From an uncultured Eubacteriales bacterium (GTDB lineage: Bacteria > Bacillota > Clostridia > Christensenellales > Aristaeellaceae), in the NCBI GenBank assembly GCA_902785105.1, contig CACZXF010000043.1, forward strand, positions 20,580-84,579: DNA of 64,000 nucleotides, given 5' to 3'. Of this stretch, positions 54,095-64,000 are shown piece after piece; position 1 is the first letter of the stretch, and each line of letters begins with the position of its first letter. The notes under the pieces are model-generated. The model had not been told where the DNA came from. It saw nothing but the letters and a program-made list of their open reading frames with translations, and made no database searches. The position numbers and the translations under genes are program-made.

Positions 54095-55874
54095 ATTCGA
54101 GCACCTCCTCCGGGATGGTTTCCGGCGCGTCGCCGCCGGTACAGGCGCAGACGACGCAGACCAGCCGGGTCTTTCCGGGCTGGAGTTTCGCGTGGAGCGT
54201 GGGCAGCAGCGTCCGGGAGCACATCACATTGGTGTTGGACTCGGGCACGACGACCTCCCCGCGCTCATACCCCTCCATGGCGAATATGGCCGTGCTGCCC
54301 AGCGGGCCGCGGGCCAGGGCGTGATTTTCGTCCTCCTGCCGCTCCGTCTGTATGCCGTCGCAGGGCCGTGGGCCGGGGGCCTCGGCGGGCACGGCAAACG
54401 CGCCCTCCGCCGCCTCCAGCGCGGTGTCTGTGCTGATGTCATGTCGGCGCAAATGCCAGCGGCCGAAGGGGACGATCAGGGTGTCCACCCGCACGCCATT
54501 CAGGGGACGCCAGACGCACCGCGTCGCCTCCTCGGACAGCGCGTAGTCCTCGAAGCCGCTGCGCCCGTGCCACAGCTCGCCGGGGCGGCGCAGGGCCAGC
54601 ATACTGTCAAAGGCCCCCTTGCGCAGGGTGCCCGCCTCCTTCACCACGGAGAAGCCGAAAGCCGTGGAATAGGCGAACTTCTCATACTTCTCGTCCTCGT
54701 GGGTGTGCTCGTAGGCGTGGTTCCCGGCGGTGTAGGCGATCACCTGGTCGTCCACCCGCGTGACGAGCTGCCGCGCCTGCTGGTCGATGAGCACGGCGGG
54801 CGGCGCGTAAGGCGATTCCTCGGCGGTCCAGAAGGGATGGTCCTCCGGCAGCGCCAGCACGGCGAACACCTTCATGGCCCAGTAGGGGGAGCCGGGGGCG
54901 TTGTAGCCCTCGGTGAATATCAGATTGGGATAGCCGTAGCCGATGGTGAGTATGCCGTTCCGGTCGAATATGGGGCGGGACATCCACCAGCGCAGATTGC
55001 GAAGCAGCAGCCCCTTGATCTCGCCCCAGCCCAGGCCCTCCGCCGTCACCCCGCCCAGGGCACAGGCGCTCCAGAAGGCCCCCTGTGCGAAGCGGTAGGT
55101 CTGACTGCGGCCATAGGGCAGGGCGCGGCCCGCATCGTCGAACCAGGCGGCGAAGCGGGGCATGATCTCCTTCGTGCGTTCAATAAAACGGGCACAGCGC
55201 TCCGGGTCGCGGCCTGACATGTATTTGGCATAAACGAGGCTGTAATAGTGGAAAGCCCAGAGGGTGTAGTAGTCCCGCTGGGCGGGTTTGTCGTAATACC
55301 AGCCGTCGCCGCAGTAGTGGGTCTCCAGGCTGTCCAGGTCGCTTTTGAGCCGTCCTTCGTCGGCGGGCATGCCCACATTGAGAAAGCCGATGTTCACCAG
55401 CACCCGGAAGAACAGCCAGTTGTTCTGGGGCATTTCATACAGATTGATTTGATTGAGCCAGCGATAGAGATTGAGCCGCGCCGCGTCCGGCAGATCATAA
55501 TAGAACCTGCCGGGAATCATGCACAGCGCCATGCCCATCACGGCCATCTCCACCATGCGCTGGTCGAAGGGGCCGATGTCGCCCCAGTATTCCTCATGGG
55601 CCGGGTCGGTGCCGTGGAGGATGCCCTCCCGCCAGATTTCCCAGAGCCTTTCCACGCCGGGACAGCCGCCCGCCAGCATGGGCACCAGCGCCCACAGCAC
55701 CCGGGAGAAGCCCTCCATGCCGGCGATGGCCCCGTCGTAGGCCGCGCCGGTGTCGCCCAGGTGGAGCCGCGCCTTTCCCGGCGACAGGCAGGGCAGCAGC
55801 GGCTCGATCAGATCCAGCGCCAGCCGCTGAACGTCCGCCCTGGTTTTCAGAGGATTTTCTGCATATTTATTCAT
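54075..55874 (-). CDS. DUF2264-family protein
   Basis: 599 aa. The N-terminus NPLKTRADVQRLALDLIEPL ... GFSRVLWALVPML resembles DUF2264. The end overlaps the GH88 start by 20 nt. Confidence 0.65.
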   Translation of the reverse strand: MNKYAENPLKTRADVQRLALDLIEPLLPCLSPGKARLHLGDTGAAYDGAIAGMEGFSRVLWALVPMLAGGCPGVERLWEIWREGILHGTDPAHEEYWGDIGPFDQRMVEMAVMGMALCMIPGRFYYDLPDAARLNLYRWLNQINLYEMPQNNWLFFRVLVNIGFLNVGMPADEGRLKSDLDSLETHYCGDGWYYDKPAQRDYYTLWAFHYYSLVYAKYMSGRDPERCARFIERTKEIMPRFAAWFDDAGRALPYGRSQTYRFAQGAFWSACALGGVTAEGLGWGEIKGLLLRNLRWWMSRPIFDRNGILTIGYGYPNLIFTEGYNAPGSPYWAMKVFAVLALPEDHPFWTAEESPYAPPAVLIDQQARQLVTRVDDQVIAYTAGNHAYEHTHEDEKYEKFAYSTAFGFSVVKEAGTLRKGAFDSMLALRRPGELWHGRSGFEDYALSEEATRCVWRPLNGVRVDTLIVPFGRWHLRRHDISTDTALEAAEGAFAVPAEAPGPRPCDGIQTERQEDENHALARGPLGSTAIFAMEGYERGEVVVPESNTNVMCSRTLLPTLHAKLQPGKTRLVCVVCACTGGDAPETIPEEVLEFAKQYL

Positions 55875-57553
55875 GAATTGTTCCTCTCAATGCGAAATAC
55901 GATGTCATGCTCCATGTCCGCGGGCGCGGTAAACGTCAGCCGCCACAGACTGCCGGGAAAGTTTCTCGCCATGCGCGGGTCTTCGATGGGGATTTCCTCG
56001 ATTTGCGTTTCCATGGGGATATTCGGGATGATGATCACCTCGTCCCGGTGGCGAAGCATGAACACCTCGGTCAGCGTTTGCGGCGTCTGTGTGACGACAG
56101 TGTCCCGCAGGGTGACGCCCTGATGATCGCAGCGCAATTCCCTTTGGCAGGTCGTCACCCCCGCTTCATCGGGATAGGCCAGGGCGATGTCCATTTTTAT
56201 GCCGTCCGGGGTGATTTCGACCGCCCGCGCTTTGCGTTCCCAGCCGTTGACCTGCTCGTATTCCCCAATTTGCGGCACGCTGTGATACCGTGAGCGGATG
56301 TTCCAGAGGGTATAGCGGGCCTCGGAGAAGGTCTTGCCGGTGTAGGTCATGTTTCCGGCGTCCACGATTTGAGGTTCCCCGTCGATGCAGACCATGAAGC
56401 CGCCGCAGTCGTTGTGGTTGTGGCTCCCCTCGTTAACGCCGCCCTTGCAGGCGAGGGTCACGCCGCCACGCCTTACTACCCTCACTTCAAGGTTCGGGAG
56501 CCATACATCCTCCGGGGCGGTGCTCTCCCCCACCGCCGCCCTTGGCCGCGACAGCGCGTTCAGCAGCCGCCAGAGCTGTGGCGTGTCCTCCACCAGCTTC
56601 GTCGGGTCGCCGCGAAAGCGGGCGCCGAAGGCGGCAAGCGCCGGGTCGTTCAGCTTTTCCCCGGCACATTGCAGCCGTTCGCCGGGAATTTCCGGCTTCG
56701 CATCGCAGTCGGCGAAGTTGACGAACCATTCCCCGCCCAGCCACATCCGCAGGGGGAAGCGCAGTATATTTTTCAGCTTTTCATTTTCCCAGAGGGACAT
56801 TTTGCCATCGGTGACTCGCTCCAACAGCTCCATGCAGTCCAGCAGCGCCCCGCCGGCCATGGACCAGTAGCCGGGGCCCTCGTCACAGCCGCCGTCGTCC
56901 GGCAGACCATCCACATAGCGGTCCAGCATGGCACAGCCGCGCGACAGCATGGCTTTTAACCGGTCATTATCCTCTATCCAGATACAGGCCGACAGCATCA
57001 CATTGGACACGATCCACGGCGTCCAGTTGCACAGATCCTTCCTTATGATGCCCATCCACCAGAAGTCATCCCGGTTTTCAAAGGGGATGAAGACCCGTGC
57101 TTCAATTTCATCATTTACGCGGCGGCGGACGACCTCCGGGAGGCCGGGCAAAAGCGCGCAGATCAGTGATAATATCATGGCCGTCTGTGCCGCGAATAAA
57201 TCCACATAGGGCCGTCCCTCGGGCAGCGGCTTCGGCGGGGTCGGCTCCACCCCGGCGTGCTCCGCGCCGTTGTGGGCGCTGATGACCCAGGTGCTTTCCT
57301 CGCAGACCAGCCACAGGCCGTCGAGCACCGCGTCGGGATCGCCGTCAAAATAGAGCGCGTCCAGCAGCGCCGCGATCAGCTTGCGTCGGCGCAGGAAATA
57401 GGGTTTTTCCCACGCGGCGCGGTCCCCGCGGCGGGTGAAGGCCATGTATTGGGAGGCCTTTAACAGCGGGTATTCCACAGGGCGGTATGTCTCGCAGAAG
57501 CGGCGGAGGGAGAGCTTGTCCTCATTGGAAAGAACGGGCTTTTCCACCCTCAT
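55871..57553 (-). CDS. Heparinase II/III-family protein (no signal peptide)
   Basis: 560 aa with an alpha/alpha-toroid-like N-terminal half and a beta-rich C-terminal half (GSHNHNDCGGFMV). ATGA overlap with the next gene. Confidence 0.7.
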   Translation of the reverse strand: MRVEKPVLSNEDKLSLRRFCETYRPVEYPLLKASQYMAFTRRGDRAAWEKPYFLRRRKLIAALLDALYFDGDPDAVLDGLWLVCEESTWVISAHNGAEHAGVEPTPPKPLPEGRPYVDLFAAQTAMILSLICALLPGLPEVVRRRVNDEIEARVFIPFENRDDFWWMGIIRKDLCNWTPWIVSNVMLSACIWIEDNDRLKAMLSRGCAMLDRYVDGLPDDGGCDEGPGYWSMAGGALLDCMELLERVTDGKMSLWENEKLKNILRFPLRMWLGGEWFVNFADCDAKPEIPGERLQCAGEKLNDPALAAFGARFRGDPTKLVEDTPQLWRLLNALSRPRAAVGESTAPEDVWLPNLEVRVVRRGGVTLACKGGVNEGSHNHNDCGGFMVCIDGEPQIVDAGNMTYTGKTFSEARYTLWNIRSRYHSVPQIGEYEQVNGWERKARAVEITPDGIKMDIALAYPDEAGVTTCQRELRCDHQGVTLRDTVVTQTPQTLTEVFMLRHRDEVIIIPNIPMETQIEEIPIEDPRMARNFPGSLWRLTFTAPADMEHDIVFRIERNNS

Positions 57554-57644
57554 CGCGCGCAGGGAACAGCCCCTGATGTATTCTGAAAACGTCGATATTC
57601 AGTCCTTTCAATGGACGGGGATATTTAAGCATACAGAACGTGTA

Positions 57645-57675
57645 GAGCGGGCGGCGAAACGCCGCCCCTACAGGG
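57645..57675. repeat. Family C half-element, copy C10
   Basis: GAGCGGGCGGCGAAACGCCGCCCCTACAGGG. Confidence 0.8.
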
Positions 57676-57704
57676 ATAGTGCTGACCTTTTGCGTCTTTT
57701 CCTT

Positions 57705-58547
57705 TTATCCCTTCAGTCCCGTCGTCGCGATGCCCTGAATGAAGTATTTTTGCAGCGACAGGAACACCACGGACACGGGCAGCAGGCTGCACACGGACAC
57801 GGCCATGATGAGGTGATAGTCGCTGGAATTTTCCTGGATGAACCGGCGGAGACCCACCTGGACGGTCTTGTTGACGTCCTTGGTGAGGTAGATCATGGGG
57901 CCCATGTAGTCGTTCCAGGTGCCCACGAAGGTGAAGATGACCAGCGTGGCGATGGCGGCCTTGCTCAGGGGCAGCATGATCCGCGCCCATATGCCGTATT
58001 CCGACAGGCCATCGATGCGGGCGGCCTCGCACAGCTCGGAGGGGATGCCCTGATAGAACTGCCGCATCAGGAACACGCCGAAGGCGGAGAAGGATTGCAG
58101 CACGATGATGGCCCAGAGGGTGTCATACAGCCCCATTGAGCGCATCAGTATGAACTGGGGCAGCATATAGGTCTGCCAGGGCACGGCGATGGTGGCCACA
58201 TAGCAGATGAACAGCACGTCCCGCCCCTTGAAGCGCAGCTTGGCGAAGGCGTAGGCGGCGAAGGAGGAGGTCAGCGTCTGTATGAAGGTGACCATGATGG
58301 CGATGACCGCCGTGTTCTTGAAGTAGGTCAGCAGCGGCACCTTCTGCCATATCAGCCGGTAGTTCTCCCAGTGGAAAACCTCGGGAATCCAGTGGATGGG
58401 ATAGCTGAACACCTCCCGGTCCAGCTTCAGCGACGCCGAAAGCATCCACACGAAGGGGATCAGCGTCACCACGGCCAGGGCGATGAGCACGATATACAGC
58501 AGCGTCCGCCCGACGACACCCGCGATGGGATTGGTCTCTTTGATCAT
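57705..58547 (-). CDS. Carbohydrate ABC transporter permease (MalG-like)
   Basis: Six TM helices with an EAA-type loop (ELCEAARIDGLSEYGIWARIMLPL). Confidence 0.85.
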   Translation of the reverse strand: MIKETNPIAGVVGRTLLYIVLIALAVVTLIPFVWMLSASLKLDREVFSYPIHWIPEVFHWENYRLIWQKVPLLTYFKNTAVIAIMVTFIQTLTSSFAAYAFAKLRFKGRDVLFICYVATIAVPWQTYMLPQFILMRSMGLYDTLWAIIVLQSFSAFGVFLMRQFYQGIPSELCEAARIDGLSEYGIWARIMLPLSKAAIATLVIFTFVGTWNDYMGPMIYLTKDVNKTVQVGLRRFIQENSSDYHLIMAVSVCSLLPVSVVFLSLQKYFIQGIATTGLKG

Positions 58548-58563
58548 GTTCCCGCGCCTCCCC

Positions 58564-59508
58564 TCAGTTGTTGGCGTACTTGTCTTCCAGGCTGAACTGT
58601 ATCAGCGTGAAGATCAGCACGATCACCAGCAACACCATGGCAATGGCGCTGGCGATGCCATAGTTGAAGTTGGCGAAGGCCTCGTCATAGATGTAGGTGA
58701 CCAGCATCTTGGTGGAGCGCCCGGGACCGCCCTCGGTCATGATGGCGACCACATCGTAGATTTTGAAGCAGGAGATGATCATCATCGTGGAGGCGAAGAA
58801 GGTGGTGGGGCGGAGCTGGGGCAGGGTCACGTTGGTGAATTGCTGCCATTTGTTCGCGCCGTCCATGGTTGCCGCCTCGTAGAGGTCCTTGGGAACCCCC
58901 TGGAGCGCGGCCAGATAGATGACCATGTAATAGCCCATGTTGCGCCAGACGCTGACCAGTATGATGGACCATATCGCCATGCCGCTGTCCGCCGTCCAGC
59001 TCTTATTGTAGTTGATGCCCAGCACCATCAGGAACTGGTTGATGGGGCCGTCCTTCATCATCATGAAGCGCCAGCAGACGCAGATGGCGACCATCGAGGC
59101 CACATAGGGGAAGAAGAATATGGTTCTGAAGCCCACAGCCCCCTTGACGGCCTTGTTCAAAGCGAGAGCCAGCGCCATGGCGCAGATGAGCGTCAGCGGC
59201 ACCGTCACCAGCGTATAGAACACGGTGTTCTTGAGGGCGATGCCCAGGTCCACCTTCGTGAACAGATAGCCCAGCCCCTTCTCCGCCACCTTCGAGGTCT
59301 TGAAGATGTCGGCGTAGTTCTGGAGCCCTACCCACTGCATGGTGTCCAGCGAGCCGCCCTTCCACTTCACAAAGGACAGGAATATGGAAAACAGCACGGG
59401 CAGCAGCGTGAATATGGCAAAGCCGATGAAATTCGGCGCGAGGAAGGAATAGGCGATCAGCGTGTTCCTCCGCTCGTACTTGGACATCCTTCTCCGCGGT
59501 TTCTTCAT
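58564..59508 (-). CDS. Carbohydrate ABC transporter permease (MalF-like)
   Basis: Polytopic, with an EAA-type loop (DLYEAATMDGANKWQQFTNVTLPQL). Confidence 0.85.
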   Translation of the reverse strand: MKKPRRRMSKYERRNTLIAYSFLAPNFIGFAIFTLLPVLFSIFLSFVKWKGGSLDTMQWVGLQNYADIFKTSKVAEKGLGYLFTKVDLGIALKNTVFYTLVTVPLTLICAMALALALNKAVKGAVGFRTIFFFPYVASMVAICVCWRFMMMKDGPINQFLMVLGINYNKSWTADSGMAIWSIILVSVWRNMGYYMVIYLAALQGVPKDLYEAATMDGANKWQQFTNVTLPQLRPTTFFASTMMIISCFKIYDVVAIMTEGGPGRSTKMLVTYIYDEAFANFNYGIASAIAMVLLVIVLIFTLIQFSLEDKYANN

Positions 59509-59550
59509 GGAAGGGCTCCTTTCTGGGGTGGCAGTTGATTATGCAAAGTT

Positions 59551-59710
59551 TTGGCGGGAAACCACCTCATCCGCCCTCACGGGCACCTTTCCCTCAAGGG
59601 AAAGGCGAGAGTTGGAAGCGACGGGTTCCAAAAGCCTTCCCCTTGAGGGGAAGGTGCCCCGAAGGGGCGGATGAGGTGGATTTCCGCCAACCTCGATTAA
59701 TTCCAATTTC
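59551..59710. repeat. Family B element, copy B8
   Basis: Core CCACCTCATCCGCC ... GGCGGATGAGGTGG. Lies between the SBP gene and the permease genes. Confidence 0.9.
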
Positions 59711-59785
59711 CCATTCTCTCATCAGACTAAAGGCGGGGAAGGCGAGTGCTTCGCCTTCCCCGCCGGTGGAATCGGTGATGTCAGA

Positions 59786-61027
59786 TCAGCCCAGCACGTC
59801 GGCCACGCGCTCGTTCATCTCGGCGATGCCGTCCTCGATGGAATACTCGCGGGTCATGATGAGGCTGTGCTCCTCATTGAGGATGGTGGAGATTTCGGAG
59901 GAATGCTCGGAGGCGGGCATTTCGATGCCCACGTACACGGGCACCAGCGCGGCCTTGCTGGCCTCGTCGGACGGGAAGCCCTCGGCGCTGGCCATGGCCT
60001 CGGCGACGGCCTCGGAGACCCAGGCGGGACGGGTGCCGGTGGAGGCGGTGGCGATGGAGCCTTCCTCGCCCGCCAGCCAGGAGATATATTCCCAAGCCAG
60101 ATCCTTGTTGGCGGAGTTGGCGTTGATCATCGCGCCGGTCAGGTTGCCGAAGGAGGAACCCGCGGCCACGCCTTCCTTGTGCGGCACGGAGACGATGCCC
60201 CAGTTGAAGTTGCAGGTGCCATCGTTGTTGTAGCCGATGAGGGTGGAGACGTACCAGTAGCCCATGGGCATCATGGCCACGTTGCCGTTGGCGAAGGCGG
60301 CGGAGTAGTGCAGACCGGCGGCCTTCAATTCATCATAGGCCATGCAGGCGCCCGCGTCCTCCAGCTTCTGGTACAGCTCATAGAAGTAGGCCAGATCGCT
60401 GTAGTCGCCGTCGATCAGGGTGTTCACGCCGTCACACACGTCCCAGTTCACCACGGCGGACAGCCAGGTGTGGTAGTGGGTGCCGTAGTTGCCGTCGCCG
60501 GTCAGCTTGATGGCCAGGTCGGCATACTGCTCCCAGGTCATGTCGTTGGTGGGATACTCCACGCCTGCGGCATCAAACAGGTCCTTGTTGTAGAACAGCA
60601 CCCAGAAGTCGGAGCGGAAGGGCAGGGCGTACTGCTCGCCGTCCACCGCGTAGTTGCTCTCAATGCCGGCGAAGCCGCTCATATCGTAGTTGGAAGCCTC
60701 GATGTAGCTGTTCAGCGGGGCCTCGTAGCCGGCCTCCTGCCAGTTCAGCAGGTCGGTGATCTCCTTCACCATGAAGATGTCGCTGGTGTCGCCGCCGGCC
60801 AGCATCGTGGTGGTCTTGATGGCGTAGTCCTGGGAGGCCACGTCCACGTATTCGATGGTCACGCCGGGGTGGGAGGCCTCAAAGGCGGCCTTCTGGGCGG
60901 CCAGGTAGGGCGTCGTGCCGGCGTCCCAGGCCACGATGGTCAGCGTCTGGCCTTCCTCGGCCACCGCGAAGCTCATTGTGCACAGCAGCAGCATCGCCGC
61001 CAGAATCAGGGCAAGGGCTTTCTTCAT
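59786..61027 (-). CDS. Carbohydrate ABC transporter substrate-binding protein
   Basis: ATG after AAGAAGGAGG gives MKKALALILAAMLLLCTMSFAVA. Family 1 SBP length. The track extension to 61132 is rejected because a promoter lies inside it. Confidence 0.8.
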   Translation of the reverse strand: MKKALALILAAMLLLCTMSFAVAEEGQTLTIVAWDAGTTPYLAAQKAAFEASHPGVTIEYVDVASQDYAIKTTTMLAGGDTSDIFMVKEITDLLNWQEAGYEAPLNSYIEASNYDMSGFAGIESNYAVDGEQYALPFRSDFWVLFYNKDLFDAAGVEYPTNDMTWEQYADLAIKLTGDGNYGTHYHTWLSAVVNWDVCDGVNTLIDGDYSDLAYFYELYQKLEDAGACMAYDELKAAGLHYSAAFANGNVAMMPMGYWYVSTLIGYNNDGTCNFNWGIVSVPHKEGVAAGSSFGNLTGAMINANSANKDLAWEYISWLAGEEGSIATASTGTRPAWVSEAVAEAMASAEGFPSDEASKAALVPVYVGIEMPASEHSSEISTILNEEHSLIMTREYSIEDGIAEMNERVADVLG

Positions 61028-61075
61028 CAGGGATTCCTCCTTCTTGAATCGGCGGGAATGACCCGCGTAGTCTCC

Positions 61076-61091
61076 TGTGAAAGTATTTTCA
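61076..61091. promoter_or_regulatory. Candidate LacI-family operator
   Basis: GTGAAAGTATTTTCAC, a 16-bp near-palindrome just downstream of the minus-strand promoter. Confidence 0.4.
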
Positions 61092-61103
61092 CGGTACGCC
61101 ACC

Positions 61104-61132
61104 ATTATAGCGTTATAAGGTGGATTTGTCAA
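61104..61132 (-). promoter_or_regulatory. Consensus sigma-A promoter of the ABC/heparinase-like operon
   Basis: On the minus strand: TTGACA, 17 nt, TATAAT. Confidence 0.65.
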
Positions 61133-61193
61133 TAGTTTCCGTAAAATATTTCAGTATATTTCGCAATTTATGAAAATTTTGATGTAATTTTCA

Positions 61194-61222
61194 TTGTAAT
61201 TTTCAATCAGGTGTGGTATACT
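61194..61222 (+). promoter_or_regulatory. Promoter for the LacI-family gene
   Basis: TTGTAA, 17 nt, TGgTATACT (extended -10). Element C11 would lie in the 5' UTR. Confidence 0.5.
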
Positions 61223-61237
61223 GGTGGGGAATTGGCA

Positions 61238-61389
61238 GGCAAATTGGAAGTTGTCGAGCAGTCAAACCAACCATGTAGAGGCGCCGTTTCGGCGCCTGCC
61301 CCCAACGAAACGCATCGTACTACCCGGCGGGCGGCGCAACGCCGCCCCTACAGGAAAGCGGGCAACTCCCCGACAAATCCCCGTTTATC
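61238..61389. repeat. Family C element, copy C11
   Basis: GGCAAATTGGAAGTTGTCGAG ... core ... CCCCGACAAATCCCCGTTTATC. Confidence 0.9.
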
Positions 61390-61426
61390 TGCATACTCAA
61401 ACTAACTCATCCGGGAGGCGCGAGCG

Positions 61427-62473
61427 ATGGAGCAGAAGACCGTAACGATCAACGACGTGGCGAAGGCGGCGGAGGTCTCCGTGGCTACGGTTTCGCGGGT
61501 GCTTTCCGGGGGCGGGGCCAGCGCGGCGGCCCGTGAGCGGGTGGAGGAAGCGGCGCAGCGTCTGGGCTACCGCAAGACCACTACAGAAAAGAAGGGCGAG
61601 ACGTCGCCGACACGGGCGCTGGCGCTGGTGCTGTCGGACATGACGAACCCCTATTATTCCCAGCTCTGCGCCGGTGCGGAACAGGCGGCGCGGCAGGCGG
61701 GCTGGCCGCTGATGGTCTATCAGGCGGAGCTGGGCCGCCGGGGGGAAGACACCATCGCCGACGACGTGCTGGAGCTGGGCGTCTCCGGGGCGGTGCTGGT
61801 GGGAACGCCCGTGGAGGCCGGCACGGCGGAGGACATCCGTCGGCGGCTGAACCGCATTGCCCAGAGAATGCCCATCGTCACCATCGGCCCCCGGGTGGAG
61901 GGGGTGAGCTGCGTCAACATCACCTCCGACCTGTCCGTCAGCGTGCGCAAGTCCGTCGCCCATCTGGCGGCGCTGGGGCATAAGCGCATCGCGTTCATCG
62001 GCGGCTCCGGGGGCCTGCGCTCCCCCAGCGCCCGGCGTCGGGCCTGGTTTGAGGAGATGGAGCGGCTGGGTCTGCCCACCGACATGCGGCTCTCCCCCGA
62101 ATCCGCCCACACGCCCCAGGGCGGCGAGCTGTGCGTGAACCGGCTGTTCAGCGAGGCGAAGGAGGGAGAGCGCCCCACCGCCATCATCGCCATCAACGAC
62201 CTGGTTGCCCTGGGCGCGCTCAGGCAGCTCCAGCGCATGGGCCTCAAAGTGCCCGAAGACGTGGCCCTCATCGGCTGCGACAACCAGTTCTTCACCCCCT
62301 ATCTCAACCCGCCGCTGACCACCGTGGACCTCCACCCCTTTGACCACGGCGCTTCCGCCATTGACGAGCTCATCGCCAGCCTCAACGGCTCCCGCGCCGC
62401 CTATTCCCAGATCCGTGAATGCAGCCTCATCGTCCGCGAAAGCTGCGGCGCGCTTCTGGGAGTGAGGGGGTGA
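61427..62473 (+). CDS. LacI-family transcriptional regulator
   Basis: N-terminal HTH (TINDVAKAAEVSVATVSRVL) plus a periplasmic-binding-fold sensor domain. Confidence 0.9.
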   Translation: MEQKTVTINDVAKAAEVSVATVSRVLSGGGASAAARERVEEAAQRLGYRKTTTEKKGETSPTRALALVLSDMTNPYYSQLCAGAEQAARQAGWPLMVYQAELGRRGEDTIADDVLELGVSGAVLVGTPVEAGTAEDIRRRLNRIAQRMPIVTIGPRVEGVSCVNITSDLSVSVRKSVAHLAALGHKRIAFIGGSGGLRSPSARRRAWFEEMERLGLPTDMRLSPESAHTPQGGELCVNRLFSEAKEGERPTAIIAINDLVALGALRQLQRMGLKVPEDVALIGCDNQFFTPYLNPPLTTVDLHPFDHGASAIDELIASLNGSRAAYSQIRECSLIVRESCGALLGVRG

Positions 62474-62623
62474 CAAGTTGGAAGTTGTCGAGGAGTCTAA
62501 CCAGCCCTGTAGGGGCGCCGTTTCGGCGCCCGCTTTGTACGAAGCACACCATCCTACCCGGCGGGCGGCGCAACGCCGCCCCTACAGGAGAGTGTGCATC
62601 TCCCCTACAAAATCCCTGTTATG
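62472..62623. repeat. Family C element, copy C12
   Basis: Same orientation as C11. Its left terminus overlaps the regulator's stop codon. Confidence 0.9.
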
Positions 62624-62773
62624 ATTTGTCCCCTCCTACTAGTGCCGCGTGGTTTTACAGTTAACAATCATTGGATATAATGGAAGGGATATTTGTAGCC
62701 GTTCAGCCGGATGAAGCAAATTGACAAGCAGACCTGTCAGCGTGGCTGAATGGACCTGAAAGAGGGATACGAC

Positions 62774-64000
<1,227 letters not shown>

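Noticed and set aside
62624-62773. T-box leader upstream of asnS.
   Set aside because: I could not find the conserved T-box sequence or a specifier/terminator arrangement. Only a generic stem is present (CCGTTCAGCC...GGCTGAATGG).

Overview
High-GC (visually about 60%) Firmicutes/Clostridia-type chromosome segment, possibly an Oscillospiraceae-like gut anaerobe (taxon is a low-confidence inference). All calls come from reading motifs by eye; no searches were run. It is mostly housekeeping and energy-metabolism genes. Gene content in order: (1) canonical rnf operon tail, with rnfD fused to rnfG, then rnfE, rnfA, rnfB; (2) a small AT-richer toxin-antitoxin/DUF2442 islet; (3) nrfA (pentahaem nitrite reductase with a CxxCK site) plus ccsB/ccsA, with no nrfH; (4) fructokinase; (5) L7Ae-rpsL-rpsG-fusA; (6) a secreted SH3/DPFGTG-repeat protein; (7) a nine-gene operon described below; (8) an SH3/tail-lysozyme-type hydrolase; (9) an orphan BtuF/FhuD-type binding protein with an extra N-terminal domain; (10) aquaporin, nfeD-floA, an HD protein, tldD-pmbA, a TrxB-like reductase and an SRAP peptidase; (11) a PTS/sucrose block (EIIC, ptsI, EIIBCA, HAD, GH32); (12) a cobalamin riboswitch ahead of a secreted CbiK-like protein; (13) two tandem orphan response regulators; (14) a YdcF-type protein and tRNA-Pro(GGG); (15) a cytoplasmic GH88/DUF2264/heparinase-II/III locus with an ABC importer and a LacI regulator; (16) the 5' part of asnS. 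Two things stand out. First, the operon at 16.9-25.0 kb encodes NusG-II-like lipoprotein, Gx-type membrane protein, ApbE, a triple FMN_bind protein and RnfC-D-E-A, then a second NusG-II-like protein. It has no RnfB and no ordinary RnfG, so it looks like an outward-wired flavin electron-transfer variant of Rnf. Second, about 28 copies of a modular family of nested-palindrome, MITE-like elements fill nearly every intergenic spacer, including spacers inside operons. They share about 22-bp terminal inverted repeats but carry interchangeable cores. No transposase, CRISPR array, rRNA gene or prophage was seen.
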